A stretch of DNA of 64,000 nt, taken from the IMG/VR virus record IMGVR_UViG_3300032315_000979, positions 1 through 64,000 of that record. One strand, written 5' to 3'. Shown in pieces: positions 27,471-38,223 of the stretch (position 1 is its first letter; each line of letters opens with the position of its first letter). The notes beneath the pieces were generated by a model. It was not told the DNA's origin. It did not search any database and saw only the letters and a list, made by a program, of their open reading frames with translations. This DNA comes from a virus. A program made the position numbers and the translations under genes.

Positions 27471-29112
27471 GAAAATGGAACTTGCGCAAGATGATTTTGC
27501 CGAAAATGAAATAGATGATATTTCATACATGGGTTTTACATCAAAGACTGAAGATTCAGATCCTTTTTCTTTTGTAAAGATTTCATCCCTTTCTCCAAAA
27601 ATGAAGCGCAAAGCAATGCGCTTGCAAAAAAAACATGAGGGAGAAGATGGTACTAAGTCAAAATATGTTGACCCAGAAGTTGTAAGTGGATATTCACTTT
27701 ACGACATTGTAAATCCCCCATACGATTTAGACACACTCGCTGGTCTCTATGACCAAAGTGCAATTCACTATGCAGCAATTAATGCTCGTGTTATGAACAC
27801 CGTTGGTCTCGGATATGAATTTGTAGAAACACTTAAAGCTAAAAGAAAAATTGAAAAAGCTCAAGGCAGTGAAGAAAAGATTACAAGACTTAGACAGCAG
27901 TATCAAGATCTCAAAGAGAATCTTGATGAAACATTTGAGAACTTAAATATTGAAGAGACTTTGATTGAAACCTTAGTTCGTGTATGGCAAGATGTCTTAA
28001 CTGTTGGCAATGGTTATCTTGAAATTGGTCGTAACAACGCTGGTCAGATTGGGTACATTGGGCATGTCCCAGCAACGCTTGTCCGTGTTCGCAGAAAGCG
28101 TGATGGCTATGTTCAGATTGCAAAAACAAATAAGATTCAAGCAGTATTCTTTAGACAGTTTCAGGATAAAGAAACTCCTGATTCAATCAATAATGATCCA
28201 AAACCGAATGAGCTGATTCATTTCAAAATCTACTCACCAAACAATACATACTATGGAATTCCATCAGCAGTTTCTGCTGCTGCTGCAATTGTTGGTGATA
28301 AGTTTGCAAAAGAATACAACATTGATTATTTTGAAAATAAAGCAATTCCTCGCTACGCAATTCTTATCAAAGGCGCAAAGCTAAGCAATAAGTCAAAACA
28401 AGAGTTGATTAATTATTTTAGAAATGAAGTTAAGGGTCGTAATCACGGAACATTGGTTATTCCAATTCCTGCTAATCTTGGAACAGACACAGATATTAAG
28501 TTTGAAAAGCTTGAAGCTGGTATTCAAGATTCTTCTTTTGATAAATATCGTAAATCAAATCGTGATGAAATTCTTGTTGCAAACAGAGTTCCTGCACCGA
28601 AAGTTGGTGTTTATGATAATGCCAACCTTGCTGTGTCAAGAGATGCCGACAAGAGTTTCAAGATGCAAGTGATTGGTCCAGATCAATCAATTATTGAAAA
28701 GAAACTAAACAGGCTTATTGCCGAGTTTACCGATCTGATGGCAATTCGGTTGAAGAAGATTGACCTTGTTGATGAAGATATCCAGTCAAGAATTAATGAC
28801 AGATATCTACGCACAGAGGTAATCACCCCTAACGAGGTTAGAGGTCAAATCGGTTTACCAGAGCGATACAATGGAGATAGCGTTTTGCCTTTCCCAACAA
28901 ATGTTAAAAAAGAGCAAAATGCGGCTGGCAACTCCAGCCCAGGGGCTCCTCCAGGAAACGATAACAATTCTGCTTCTGATCCACCTAAGTCACCAACTGG
29001 TGATGGAGTAACAAGTGATCCAGTAGCAGACGGAGCCCAAGCCGAGCGTGGTCAAAATCAAGATTCTGGAATGAACAACGATTCAACCAGTAAGTTTAAT
29101 CAAGGAGAATAA
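27463..29112 (+). CDS. portal protein
   Basis: GNGYLEI.R, ELIHFK, YYGIP, YFENKAIP, ITPNEVR..IGL; start set at ATG 27463 after AGGAGA. Confidence 0.92.
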   Translation: MDKKMELAQDDFAENEIDDISYMGFTSKTEDSDPFSFVKISSLSPKMKRKAMRLQKKHEGEDGTKSKYVDPEVVSGYSLYDIVNPPYDLDTLAGLYDQSAIHYAAINARVMNTVGLGYEFVETLKAKRKIEKAQGSEEKITRLRQQYQDLKENLDETFENLNIEETLIETLVRVWQDVLTVGNGYLEIGRNNAGQIGYIGHVPATLVRVRRKRDGYVQIAKTNKIQAVFFRQFQDKETPDSINNDPKPNELIHFKIYSPNNTYYGIPSAVSAAAAIVGDKFAKEYNIDYFENKAIPRYAILIKGAKLSNKSKQELINYFRNEVKGRNHGTLVIPIPANLGTDTDIKFEKLEAGIQDSSFDKYRKSNRDEILVANRVPAPKVGVYDNANLAVSRDADKSFKMQVIGPDQSIIEKKLNRLIAEFTDLMAIRLKKIDLVDEDIQSRINDRYLRTEVITPNEVRGQIGLPERYNGDSVLPFPTNVKKEQNAAGNSSPGAPPGNDNNSASDPPKSPTGDGVTSDPVADGAQAERGQNQDSGMNNDSTSKFNQGE

Positions 29113-29113
29113 A

Positions 29114-29365
29114 ATGAGTGAAAGTAGTTTGGTATATTCAAATAAGAATTTAGTGACAGCTGATGGTGTTGTAAATATTGGACAACACACAAGTGAGTTG
29201 TATGTTTATAATAAAGGGGCAACTGATGTTGACATTAAGCTTAATAATCAATACACAATCCTTCTTCCAGCAGAGTCTACGGATTACATAGAAATTGATG
29301 GCGATTATACAACCATTCAGGTAGTCACCGCCTCTTCTGCTGTAGCAGTTTTTGCAGTAGGCTGA
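29114..29365 (+). CDS. small beta-rich virion-associated protein
   Basis: Position between portal and protease. Confidence 0.55.
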   Translation: MSESSLVYSNKNLVTADGVVNIGQHTSELYVYNKGATDVDIKLNNQYTILLPAESTDYIEIDGDYTTIQVVTASSAVAVFAVG

Positions 29366-29414
29366 TTTGCAATATTGTTAAAAACAATATATGCTGGTAG
29401 GCTACGAGGGCTAA

Positions 29415-31238
29415 ATGTCGGATTTTAATATTTCATTCCCAATTGATATGGTTAAGCGGGAACAAAGAATTGTGGTAGGTATTGCTACTGCAGACAATAT
29501 TGATAAAGCTGGTGATATTGTTGACTTTGAGGCATCCAAGGAAGCTTTTGCAAACTGGGGTGGAAACATTAGAGAGATGCATTCTCCTATTGCTGTAGGC
29601 AAAGCTGTCAGTTATGAACCAGTAGTTATCACTGGCGCTGACGGAACATCATACAATGCTGTTAAAGTAGAAGCTTACATCTCAAAAGGTGCTGAGGATA
29701 CTTGGCAAAAAGTTCTTGATGGAACACTTCGTTCTTTTTCAATTGGCGGCAAGGTGATTGAGAAATCCGCATCAGCAGATAAATTTTTTCGTGGTAAGCC
29801 AGTAAATATTATTAAGAAGTATGTTCTTGGCGAGCTTAGTCTTGTAGATAATCCTGCAAACGCCTTGGCTATTATTGATATTATCAAAATGAATGATGAC
29901 GGTCTTTTCAAGTATGCTCTTGATTGTGACCTTGATTGCCAATTGGCAAAAGCAAAGCAACCTCTTAAGGATCCAAAAGGTGGTCTTACCGCAGCTGGTA
30001 GAAGACACTTTAAGCAAACAGAAGGTGCAAATCTAAAACCAGGTGTTCGTGGTGCTGCTGATACACCAGAGAAATTGCGCCGCAAGGGATCATTCCTTAC
30101 AAGATTTTTTACTAACCCATCTGGACCGATGAAGAAGCCAAATGGTGAACCAACACGACTTGCGCTCTCCGCAGCAGCGTGGGGTGAGCCTGTCCCTCAA
30201 GACAGAGCTGATGCAGCAAGGCTTGCTGCAAAAGGTCGCAGAATGCTTGAACGCTATGCGAACTCAAAGAAAAAAGGTTTCTTAGAAAACGATTTTGACG
30301 AGGATTTGTTGGATGTTGTTCTGGAATTAATGAAGGATCAGGGTTGTGACTGTGGTTGCGATTCTTGTGAAGATGTTGAGAAGGATGCGTCTGTAACAAC
30401 AGAGAACGCAGAGTCTAAATATCCAGCAAGAAATGGTATTACATCACCAACCGTTCCACCATTTCCATCTGGCTCTCCGAAGTTTAAGCCAAAAAAGAAA
30501 GTTAAGAAAGAAGACCTTTCCTGTGGGGAGGGTTATCACCAAGAAGGTGAAAAGAAGGGTGCAAATGGAAACATGGTTCCAAATTGTGTTCCAAACAACC
30601 CTGCTCAAAATACAACAAAAAGTGAAATGTCCTTACAAGACAGTGAATTTTTTGATACAATTAAGGAGATGATTGAGAAAATGGAATCTATTATTCAGCA
30701 AGACTCTGAATTGCAATTAAATGATACTTATGATAAGATCTCTGACATGAATGAACAAGAAATTAGTAAGCTTAGTCTATTGAAAAAGTTTATTGGATGG
30801 CTTGTTCCAGATGTCGCAGAAGAAACAACTTCAACTTCCGTTGAAGTAAGTGGAGACACACAGGAGGAAGAAATGGACATTAATGTTCTTAAAGATGCTC
30901 TGAGTGCTGTTGTTGATGAAAAACTGGCTAGTTTTGCTACTTCAATCAAGGAAGAAGTTGAAGCCTCTGTTCAGGAAAAAATTGAAGCAGTTGCTAAGGG
31001 TTTTGAAGTTCAGAGTACTGAACTTCATCAGAAGCTGGAAACAGCAGAGTTGGCTCTCGCTGAGCAAACAGAAAAGGTTGAGGCATTTGCCGCAGCTGGA
31101 GCTGTTAAAAAGAGCGTAGATCCAGAAGATGAAGAGGAAGTAGCAGAAGAGGCACTTGCCAAGTCTGCACCTACTTCATTCTGGAGAAATACATATTTGC
31201 CACAGGAGTTAATTAACTCCCTAGGTTATAGGTCATAA
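29415..31238 (+). CDS. prohead protease fused to inserted modules and a scaffold-like coiled coil
   Basis: IDKAGDIV, IREMH, SFSIGG, ELSLVDNPAN; KDPKGGLTAAGR module; acidic helical C-terminus. Confidence 0.88.
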   Translation: MSDFNISFPIDMVKREQRIVVGIATADNIDKAGDIVDFEASKEAFANWGGNIREMHSPIAVGKAVSYEPVVITGADGTSYNAVKVEAYISKGAEDTWQKVLDGTLRSFSIGGKVIEKSASADKFFRGKPVNIIKKYVLGELSLVDNPANALAIIDIIKMNDDGLFKYALDCDLDCQLAKAKQPLKDPKGGLTAAGRRHFKQTEGANLKPGVRGAADTPEKLRRKGSFLTRFFTNPSGPMKKPNGEPTRLALSAAAWGEPVPQDRADAARLAAKGRRMLERYANSKKKGFLENDFDEDLLDVVLELMKDQGCDCGCDSCEDVEKDASVTTENAESKYPARNGITSPTVPPFPSGSPKFKPKKKVKKEDLSCGEGYHQEGEKKGANGNMVPNCVPNNPAQNTTKSEMSLQDSEFFDTIKEMIEKMESIIQQDSELQLNDTYDKISDMNEQEISKLSLLKKFIGWLVPDVAEETTSTSVEVSGDTQEEEMDINVLKDALSAVVDEKLASFATSIKEEVEASVQEKIEAVAKGFEVQSTELHQKLETAELALAEQTEKVEAFAAAGAVKKSVDPEDEEEVAEEALAKSAPTSFWRNTYLPQELINSLGYRS

Positions 31239-31252
31239 GGGAGGATTAACAT

Positions 31253-32299
31253 ATGGCATCACAAGAAGAAATTTTGGCAAAAGCCAACGAAGTCACTACA
31301 ACGGTGGTTTCAAACAGCAGCCCAGTCAGTGGTGGTGGTGGACTTCTCTACCCAGAGCAAGCTAATCGCTTCCTTGACTTCGTTGTTGATCAGTCAGTAT
31401 TGATGAAGAACGCACGAGTAATTCGTATGCGTACTCCACAGATGGACATTGACAAGGTGTCTGTCGGCACTCGTTTGCTTGCAAAGGCAACCGAAGCAAC
31501 AGATGACGGTGCAAACGCAGCCGTTACATTCAGCAAGGTATCGCTTTCAACTGTAAAGCTTCGTCTTGACTGGAATATTTCAACGGAATCGTTGGAAGAC
31601 AACATTGAGGGCGCTTCACTGGAAGACCATATCGCACAGATCATGGCTCGCCAGACAGCAAACGACCTTGATGACTTGTTTATCAACGGTAACACATCGT
31701 CAAACAATGGTCTTATTAAGGCTCTTGATGGTTTCAACAAGCTTGCAAGAACAAGCGGAGATGTTGTAGACTTCGCAGGAAATAACATTTCCCGCTCGGT
31801 CTTTGACAAAGTTCTTCGTAACTTGCCAAGCAAGTACTTGCAGCGCCGCAATGAATTGCGATTCTTCACAGGTCCAGGACTTGTTCAGGATTCAATTTAC
31901 AGCTTGGGCAATCCAAACTCGGCAACTGAGGCAACAGCAGGCGCACCTGCTCCAATGTCAACAGCTGGTGAAATGGCGTTCTTGCAAGGTTCAATGAGAG
32001 CAAATGGTGGTCCAGGTGCAACTGGTCTATCACCATTTGGTATTCCTTTGATTGAAGTACCTTTGATGCCAGAAACCGCTACTGGTGACTACTCAGCAGC
32101 TGCAGGCAGTCATGGTTTTGTGGAACTTACATTCCCTAACAACCGTGTAATTGGTATCCACCGTGACATCACAGTGTACCGCCAGTTCAAGCCAAAGACT
32201 GACACAATTGAGTACACACAGTACATGAGAGTTGCAGCCAACATTGAAAATGCTGATTCATATGTAATCGGTAAGAATGTTAAGTTGCGTTCACTCTAA
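31253..32299 (+). CDS. major capsid protein (HK97 fold)
   Basis: GGLLYPEQANRFLD, SLEDNIEG, NDLDDLFING; position; followed by a terminator. Confidence 0.92.
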   Translation: MASQEEILAKANEVTTTVVSNSSPVSGGGGLLYPEQANRFLDFVVDQSVLMKNARVIRMRTPQMDIDKVSVGTRLLAKATEATDDGANAAVTFSKVSLSTVKLRLDWNISTESLEDNIEGASLEDHIAQIMARQTANDLDDLFINGNTSSNNGLIKALDGFNKLARTSGDVVDFAGNNISRSVFDKVLRNLPSKYLQRRNELRFFTGPGLVQDSIYSLGNPNSATEATAGAPAPMSTAGEMAFLQGSMRANGGPGATGLSPFGIPLIEVPLMPETATGDYSAAAGSHGFVELTFPNNRVIGIHRDITVYRQFKPKTDTIEYTQYMRVAANIENADSYVIGKNVKLRSL

Positions 32300-32323
32300 T
32301 TTAAACAATTAAAGTAGATATTG

Positions 32324-32351
32324 GGCGGGGTTCACAAGAACCCCGCCTTTT
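32324..32351 (+). terminator. intrinsic terminator
   Basis: GGCGGGGTTC-ACAA-GAACCCCGCC-TTTT. Confidence 0.85.
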
Positions 32352-32399
32352 ATCATATTTAAATTGATTTAAATTAACATAAGTGGTAAGATTGATCAT

Positions 32400-34127
32400 A
32401 TGACTAATAAAGAAACAAGTGTAACATCTAAAGAAATTAATAAACCAAAGAAGGCTGTAGCAAAAAAAGTTGCAGTGAAAAAAGAAATTACTCAAGAAAA
32501 CATTTCTGAAGAAGGAAGGGTTTTGATTGTGTTTGAAAGTGGAGCTGGGTATTCAACTGCATCTGGATTCCGTTTTTCACAAAGAAATAAAATGGGCTTG
32601 CTTCCAGCAGAAGAAGCCAACTTGCTTCTTGCATTGGATAATTTTAGATTACCTAGTGATGAAGAAAAAGAAATGTATTATACTAATCAGGAGGATTAAT
32701 AATGGCAGGCAATCTTACAAACTATCTTGAGAATAAACTGATTGATCATTTTCTTGGAACGACAACATATACCAAACCTACGAATGTTTATGTAGCGCTA
32801 TTTACAGTCGCACCATCTGATGCAGCTGGTGGAACAGAAGTTACTGGTGGTTCATATGCTCGCAAAATTGCAACATTCACCGCTGCTTCAAGCGGTGCAA
32901 CATCAAATGATGGCAATATTGACTTTACAGGAATGCCAGCAGTAACAACTGTAGCAATTGGTATTTTTGATGCAATTACAACTGGAAACATGTTGTTGTA
33001 TGGAACACTTACAACAAATAAAACAACAGATGCTGGGGATACTTTAAGAATCGCAACTGGCGATCTTGATATCAGCATTGACTAAGGGGTTTTGATGCTG
33101 AGAAGAGAATTTACAGGAGCTGCGCTAAGAACAAACTTAAGTGCAAATATTTCAAGTGGTGACTCTTCTTTTACTGTAACCGATGCTATTGGTTTTCCAT
33201 CTGGATCAAACCCTTTTGCAGTAGTTGTTGACAGAGGAACATCTGATGAAGAGAAGATGCTTATCTCTTCAAGAAGTACAAATACTTTTACAATCCAGAT
33301 TCGTGGTTATGATGGAACAACCGCAAGATCACACACATCTGGTGCGTTTATAGACCATGTTCTTGACGCAGCAACTATTCAAGACATGAATACAACAACT
33401 TATGATAATGAAGTTTTAATGTGGATGGGGGCATAAATGGCAAATCTAGTTCCGAAGTCTTTATATCTAGGCAATTCAACGGGTTCTAATGTTTATACTG
33501 TTGCAAATACTGCTGGTAATTACACAATTATTAAAGCAATAAATGTTTGTAACACAAGCGATACAGCAAATGCTACAGTTAGCATTCATATTCTAACAGC
33601 AGGAGCTTCTCCAGCAAATAATAACAAGATTATCAGTAATGCTAATGTTATTAAAAGTGATGTTTTGTACTACAACACATCAATTGTCGTTCCAGTAAAT
33701 AGCAATGTCTATGTATCATCCAGTAATAGTTCTGTAACCTTTAATATTAGCGGAGTAGAATATGCCTAATCTTATTAATAGTGGTGGAACTGGTGGTTCT
33801 GGTGCTTCTGCAATTATAACCTGGGACACGACAAAAGAAGAGTTTAAGATTGGCGATAAGTTTTATGGGTTTCAGTACTACCCAGCAAATGCAAAGCTGA
33901 TAGTTCAAGAAATCCTTGAACCAGGTACGATTACAAATGAATATGACACTGGAACCAATGTGGTGTCAATTCCAAAACATAGATTAGGGGATACTTTTAC
34001 TGCAGATAATGAGTATTTTGATCCTTCAAATCATGCTATATATAAAAATTGGCTAACCAGTCAAGCTGAATTAACATTTTCTTGGTATACTGGTAACGAA
34101 AAGAATTTAATAGTGGAGGTTGCATAA
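32400..34127 (+). CDS. five small virion/tail-associated genes (32400-32699, 32702-33085, 33092-33436, 33437-33769, 33762-34127)
   Basis: Coupled ORFs; 32702 has YLENKL...YVALFT..P...GGTEVTGGSYAR typical of phage tail proteins. Confidence 0.7.
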
Positions 34128-36125
34128 ATGGCTGCAATAGATCTTGGTAGACTAAGGTTCTACCACCAGGGTGTGTATAGTAGTGCTACTACATATGAAA
34201 TGAATGATGTTGTGGCATATGGTGGTAAATCCTATGTATACATCAATACAACCAATGCAAGTAATAATCTCCCAACTAATGCAACATACTGGAGTGTCAT
34301 GTCTGAAGGACAAGACTACAAGGGTAACTGGGCAACAGCAACTGCTTATGTAGTAGATGATATTGTTGTTAGAGGTGGTTCAACCTATATTTGTTTGATC
34401 GCAAACACATCTGGAACATTCTCTACCGATCTCGCAGCAAATAAGTGGGAGTCATTCACCCGTGGTATTAGAAATCGTGGTTCGTGGGCTGCAAACACAG
34501 CTTATTTGAAAGATGATGTTGTTTACAACGGTATTGACTATGCAATTGCTACATCAGACTTTACATCAAACTCACCTGGCTTTGCTAACGAAACAGGTGG
34601 AAGATGGGAAACGATTGTCAATGGCGCTGACCCTATTCCATCACAGGTCGGTAATTCGGGTAAATTAATAACAACAGACGGAACAAATGCTTCTTGGACA
34701 TCAACTCCAAGCGTAAATACAATTGCTGTTGCTGGAAACACCTTTATTGGCGCAAACGCCGCAGCATTTGCAAATACACTAACTAATCCGACACTTGTTG
34801 TACAATCAAATACGCTAAATTACTCACAGATTGCATTTAGAAACTTAGGTGCAAACGCAAATAGCTCAACAGACTTTATTGCATACGCTGATATTAGTGA
34901 TGACGATACTGGTTGGATTGATATGGGTATTACATCCTCAAACTTTAACGATCCATCATTCACCATTACTGGTGCTCATGACGGATATGTTTTCGTAGAA
35001 GCTCCAGCAAACACTGCAGGAAAGGGAAACTTGATTCTTGCAACTGGTGGTAATGGAACACAGAATAAAATTATCTTTGCTGCTGGTGGTTTGTTGAGTG
35101 ACAAAACTCAAATGGTTATTACTCCAAACACATCTGTTGCAATCAATATCGCAACCAACTCTACAAGCGCAACAACTGGTGCGCTAACTGTTGCTGGTGG
35201 TCTTGGTGTTGGCGGTAATGTTTACATTAACGGTAATACTAATATCGTTGGTACAATCACTGTTGGTGGTGGTGCGTTTCAGTCAAACAACCTGACTGTA
35301 TCAGACCCAATTGTATTCATGGGTAATACAAACACTGGTGATACTTTTGATCTAGGATTTGCTGGTAAGTTTAATGATGGAGCTGTCAAGTACGCAGGTC
35401 TTTTGCGAGATGCATCGGATAGCGGAAAGTTCAAGCTGTTTACAAACCTAACAGCTGCCCCTTCATCAACAGCAAACTTTGCTGCAGCAGCAAGTGCATC
35501 GCTAGTCGTGGCAGGTGTTGAGGCAAGCGGAAATGTTGTAATCACATCCAATGTCGCTTCAGCAAATACAACATCTGGATCACTTATCATAACTGGTGGT
35601 GCTGGTATCTCTAATAATGTTTTTGTTGGAGGTAACATCTCAGTTGCTGGAAACGCAACTGTTACAACAAATCTAACTGTTACTGGAAACACAACTCTTT
35701 CAACCGATCTTGCTGTGACTGGTAATACCACCTTAACTGGTGGTCTGACAGTTTCTGGAGCGCTCGTAGCAGCGGAGATGTCAGAAATTGCAACATCTGG
35801 AACAATCAGTACGAATGTTTTGACACTTGATTGGACAGCTACAAATATCAGTTATGTAAGTTCTCCATCAGCAAACTTTACAATCAATGTTACCAATGCT
35901 CCAACTACAAATGATAGAGCATTGTCTGTAACCGTAATTGTTACTCAAGGAGCAACTCCATATATTCCAAGCGCATTGCAAATTGCTGGATCTGCACAAA
36001 CAATTAAATGGGGTGGTGGTTCTGCTCCGTCTGGAACAGCAAGTAAAATTGACATCTTTAGCTTCGTGTTGCTAAGAACAGGAAGTGCATGGACAGTCTT
36101 TGGTAGTTCAAGCTTGAACTACTAA
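34128..36125 (+). CDS. tail fibre / receptor-binding protein
   Basis: N-terminal W...TAY..DD.V repeats; TGAL.VAGG.GV.GN.. repeats; C-terminal beta domain. Confidence 0.8.
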   Translation: MAAIDLGRLRFYHQGVYSSATTYEMNDVVAYGGKSYVYINTTNASNNLPTNATYWSVMSEGQDYKGNWATATAYVVDDIVVRGGSTYICLIANTSGTFSTDLAANKWESFTRGIRNRGSWAANTAYLKDDVVYNGIDYAIATSDFTSNSPGFANETGGRWETIVNGADPIPSQVGNSGKLITTDGTNASWTSTPSVNTIAVAGNTFIGANAAAFANTLTNPTLVVQSNTLNYSQIAFRNLGANANSSTDFIAYADISDDDTGWIDMGITSSNFNDPSFTITGAHDGYVFVEAPANTAGKGNLILATGGNGTQNKIIFAAGGLLSDKTQMVITPNTSVAINIATNSTSATTGALTVAGGLGVGGNVYINGNTNIVGTITVGGGAFQSNNLTVSDPIVFMGNTNTGDTFDLGFAGKFNDGAVKYAGLLRDASDSGKFKLFTNLTAAPSSTANFAAAASASLVVAGVEASGNVVITSNVASANTTSGSLIITGGAGISNNVFVGGNISVAGNATVTTNLTVTGNTTLSTDLAVTGNTTLTGGLTVSGALVAAEMSEIATSGTISTNVLTLDWTATNISYVSSPSANFTINVTNAPTTNDRALSVTVIVTQGATPYIPSALQIAGSAQTIKWGGGSAPSGTASKIDIFSFVLLRTGSAWTVFGSSSLNY

Positions 36126-36137
36126 TCGGAGGATATA

Positions 36138-37052
36138 ATGGGTTTTCTTTTTAAAGCATCTAAATCTCTTGGACCACTAAGCCCAAGACAACTTCTTTCA
36201 AGACTTGCTGGCTTTACAGATTCTTTTACAGCTAGTAATAGCGCATCAGCGCTTCCTACATCAGTAGCGACTCCTTGGGAAGCAACAAGAGGAACATGGG
36301 GTATTACAAGCAATAAAGCCTATGCAGTAAACGCCCCTTCAAGCTATGCTGTTGCGGCATTTGATGCAAAAACAGAAAATGCTACTGTTAGATCTACAAC
36401 TGATAATACTGGTGCTGGTGTTGGTGTCTCATTTTGGGTAACTGATTCTAATAACTGGTGGGGAGCCCACTCTAAAAAAACATCCACAACGGGAACTCCG
36501 TATATTTGTCCATCTGGTGGAACCGTGTCTGGGTCTAACTGCAACTACTCATACGGAGCAACTGGGTTTGCAAACGCCTACTACTTCTGCCCAGGTGGTT
36601 ACACATATCATGGTATTTGTTGTTTGTTAAATGGTCATGAATGGGTTGGTTGCATTGGTCCAAGCAGTTCCCCTGCCCCAACCACTTATGGATGCCCAAG
36701 CGGTGGTTCATTAAGCGGTACAACATGTTATGTTACATATGCTGCAAGTTTGACAACATATTACAACCATACCCTTGAGACAGTTAAGAATACTGCTGGA
36801 ACTATCACAACAGTTAACTCAACAGCAATAGCAAACACCACTAATAATAGTGATTATGTTGCTTATGTGCAGGCTAGTACAACAGCACCAAGCGCTGTTG
36901 TTACTGCACAAATGACATCTGGTGGAGCAGTTGCATCTTATACAGCACCTGCTGGAACACCAGCAATATCTAAAAAGCATGGTATGCTTGTTGGACCTAG
37001 TACGCTAAACGGTGTAACAACTGTTGAGACCTTTACATACACTCCAAACTGA
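36138..37052 (+). CDS. tail-associated protein with CPSGG Cys-rich repeats
   Basis: CPSGGTVSGSNC, CPGGYT, CPSGGSLSGTTC. Confidence 0.65.
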   Translation: MGFLFKASKSLGPLSPRQLLSRLAGFTDSFTASNSASALPTSVATPWEATRGTWGITSNKAYAVNAPSSYAVAAFDAKTENATVRSTTDNTGAGVGVSFWVTDSNNWWGAHSKKTSTTGTPYICPSGGTVSGSNCNYSYGATGFANAYYFCPGGYTYHGICCLLNGHEWVGCIGPSSSPAPTTYGCPSGGSLSGTTCYVTYAASLTTYYNHTLETVKNTAGTITTVNSTAIANTTNNSDYVAYVQASTTAPSAVVTAQMTSGGAVASYTAPAGTPAISKKHGMLVGPSTLNGVTTVETFTYTPN

Positions 37053-37055
37053 TCT

Positions 37056-37220
37056 ATGGATAAAGAAAATATAAGTTTAAGCAAGGCTGCGGAGCGCTTG
37101 GCTATTTGCAGAGAATGTCCTCGGCTGTTCAAACCAACCGTCACATGCAAAGAGTGCAATTGCTTTATGAAAATAAAAACACATCTTATAAATGCTACAT
37201 GTCCATTAGGAAAGTGGTAG
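37056..37220 (+). CDS. small Cys-rich protein (DUF6171-like; not in ORF track)
   Basis: RLAICRECP...CKECNCFM..K......CPLGKW. Confidence 0.75.
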   Translation: MDKENISLSKAAERLAICRECPRLFKPTVTCKECNCFMKIKTHLINATCPLGKW

Positions 37221-37229
37221 TATTATTGT

Positions 37230-37625
37230 GTGAAAAAATACGAAATCAAGCATACAATACACGGTCCAGCTGTAATCTATGAAGGAGAAATTCTTTTTTT
37301 AGATCAAACTTTGAATTTTTTTGATATCATTGATGAGAATGCAGAGTTTTTGTTTGATATAACAGATGCTCTAATATCAAACATCAAAGAAGAGGTTGGA
37401 TATTTACTGTCAGCACTAGAAGACCGCCATCCAGCTAATGTTGGACCAGCCTATGCTGTAATTGGATCAATAAGCCATTACTGGAGATTGGTTCATAACG
37501 AATACCCAGAGTATAGTCAAGCAATGCTTAAGGCTAAAGGCGAAGAAAACACATGGGATATGAATAACCAAAACAATGCTTTGATTCACAAATTTTACAC
37601 AAAAGGAAAATTAAATGATAATTAA
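37230..37625 (+). CDS. hypothetical protein
   Basis: Leaderless GTG after TGGTAGTAT. Confidence 0.55.
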   Translation: MKKYEIKHTIHGPAVIYEGEILFLDQTLNFFDIIDENAEFLFDITDALISNIKEEVGYLLSALEDRHPANVGPAYAVIGSISHYWRLVHNEYPEYSQAMLKAKGEENTWDMNNQNNALIHKFYTKGKLNDN

Positions 37626-38223
37626 TCCAAATTTCCATTATAGCGTAACTCATCCGTTTATTGCTTTAAGTAATGTTTTTACTAGCGATGAATGTGATTT
37701 GATATCTGAAATTGGCAATCGTTTGCCAATGGTTGACTCTGTTGTTGGTGGTGAAAAACCAACTCATACCCAACACAGACAGTCAACAAATTCTTTTATG
37801 GAGCCAAATTCAGAAACAGAATGGATTTTTAATAGAATTATTGAAGCATCAACTTTTGTTAATGAAAGATATTTTCAATATGATTTGTACGGATTTTCTT
37901 TTTTGCAATACACAGAGTATTGCGACAAGTTAGATCACTATAACTGGCATATGGATATTGATCCACTTAGGGATGTCCAGAGTGGTCATATTGCACTCAC
38001 TAGAAAATTATCAGCAAGTGTTATTTTAAGTGACCCATCTGAATATGAAGGTGGTGATTTGGAAATGTATATTAATCTAGACACAACGGCGGAGCATACA
38101 GTTGCTCAGGAAAAGGGAGGAATTATTTTTTTCCCATCATATGCAATGCATAGAGTCACGCCAGTATCTGATGGATTAAGAAAAAGTCTTGTTGTTTGGA
38201 TAGAGGGTCCAAGATTTAAATGA
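37615..38223 (+). CDS. PKHD-type 2OG-Fe(II) oxygenase
   Basis: YNWHMD, RKLS, YEGGDL, FFPS..MHRVTPV..G.RKSLV.W. Confidence 0.9.
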   Translation: MIINPNFHYSVTHPFIALSNVFTSDECDLISEIGNRLPMVDSVVGGEKPTHTQHRQSTNSFMEPNSETEWIFNRIIEASTFVNERYFQYDLYGFSFLQYTEYCDKLDHYNWHMDIDPLRDVQSGHIALTRKLSASVILSDPSEYEGGDLEMYINLDTTAEHTVAQEKGGIIFFPSYAMHRVTPVSDGLRKSLVVWIEGPRFK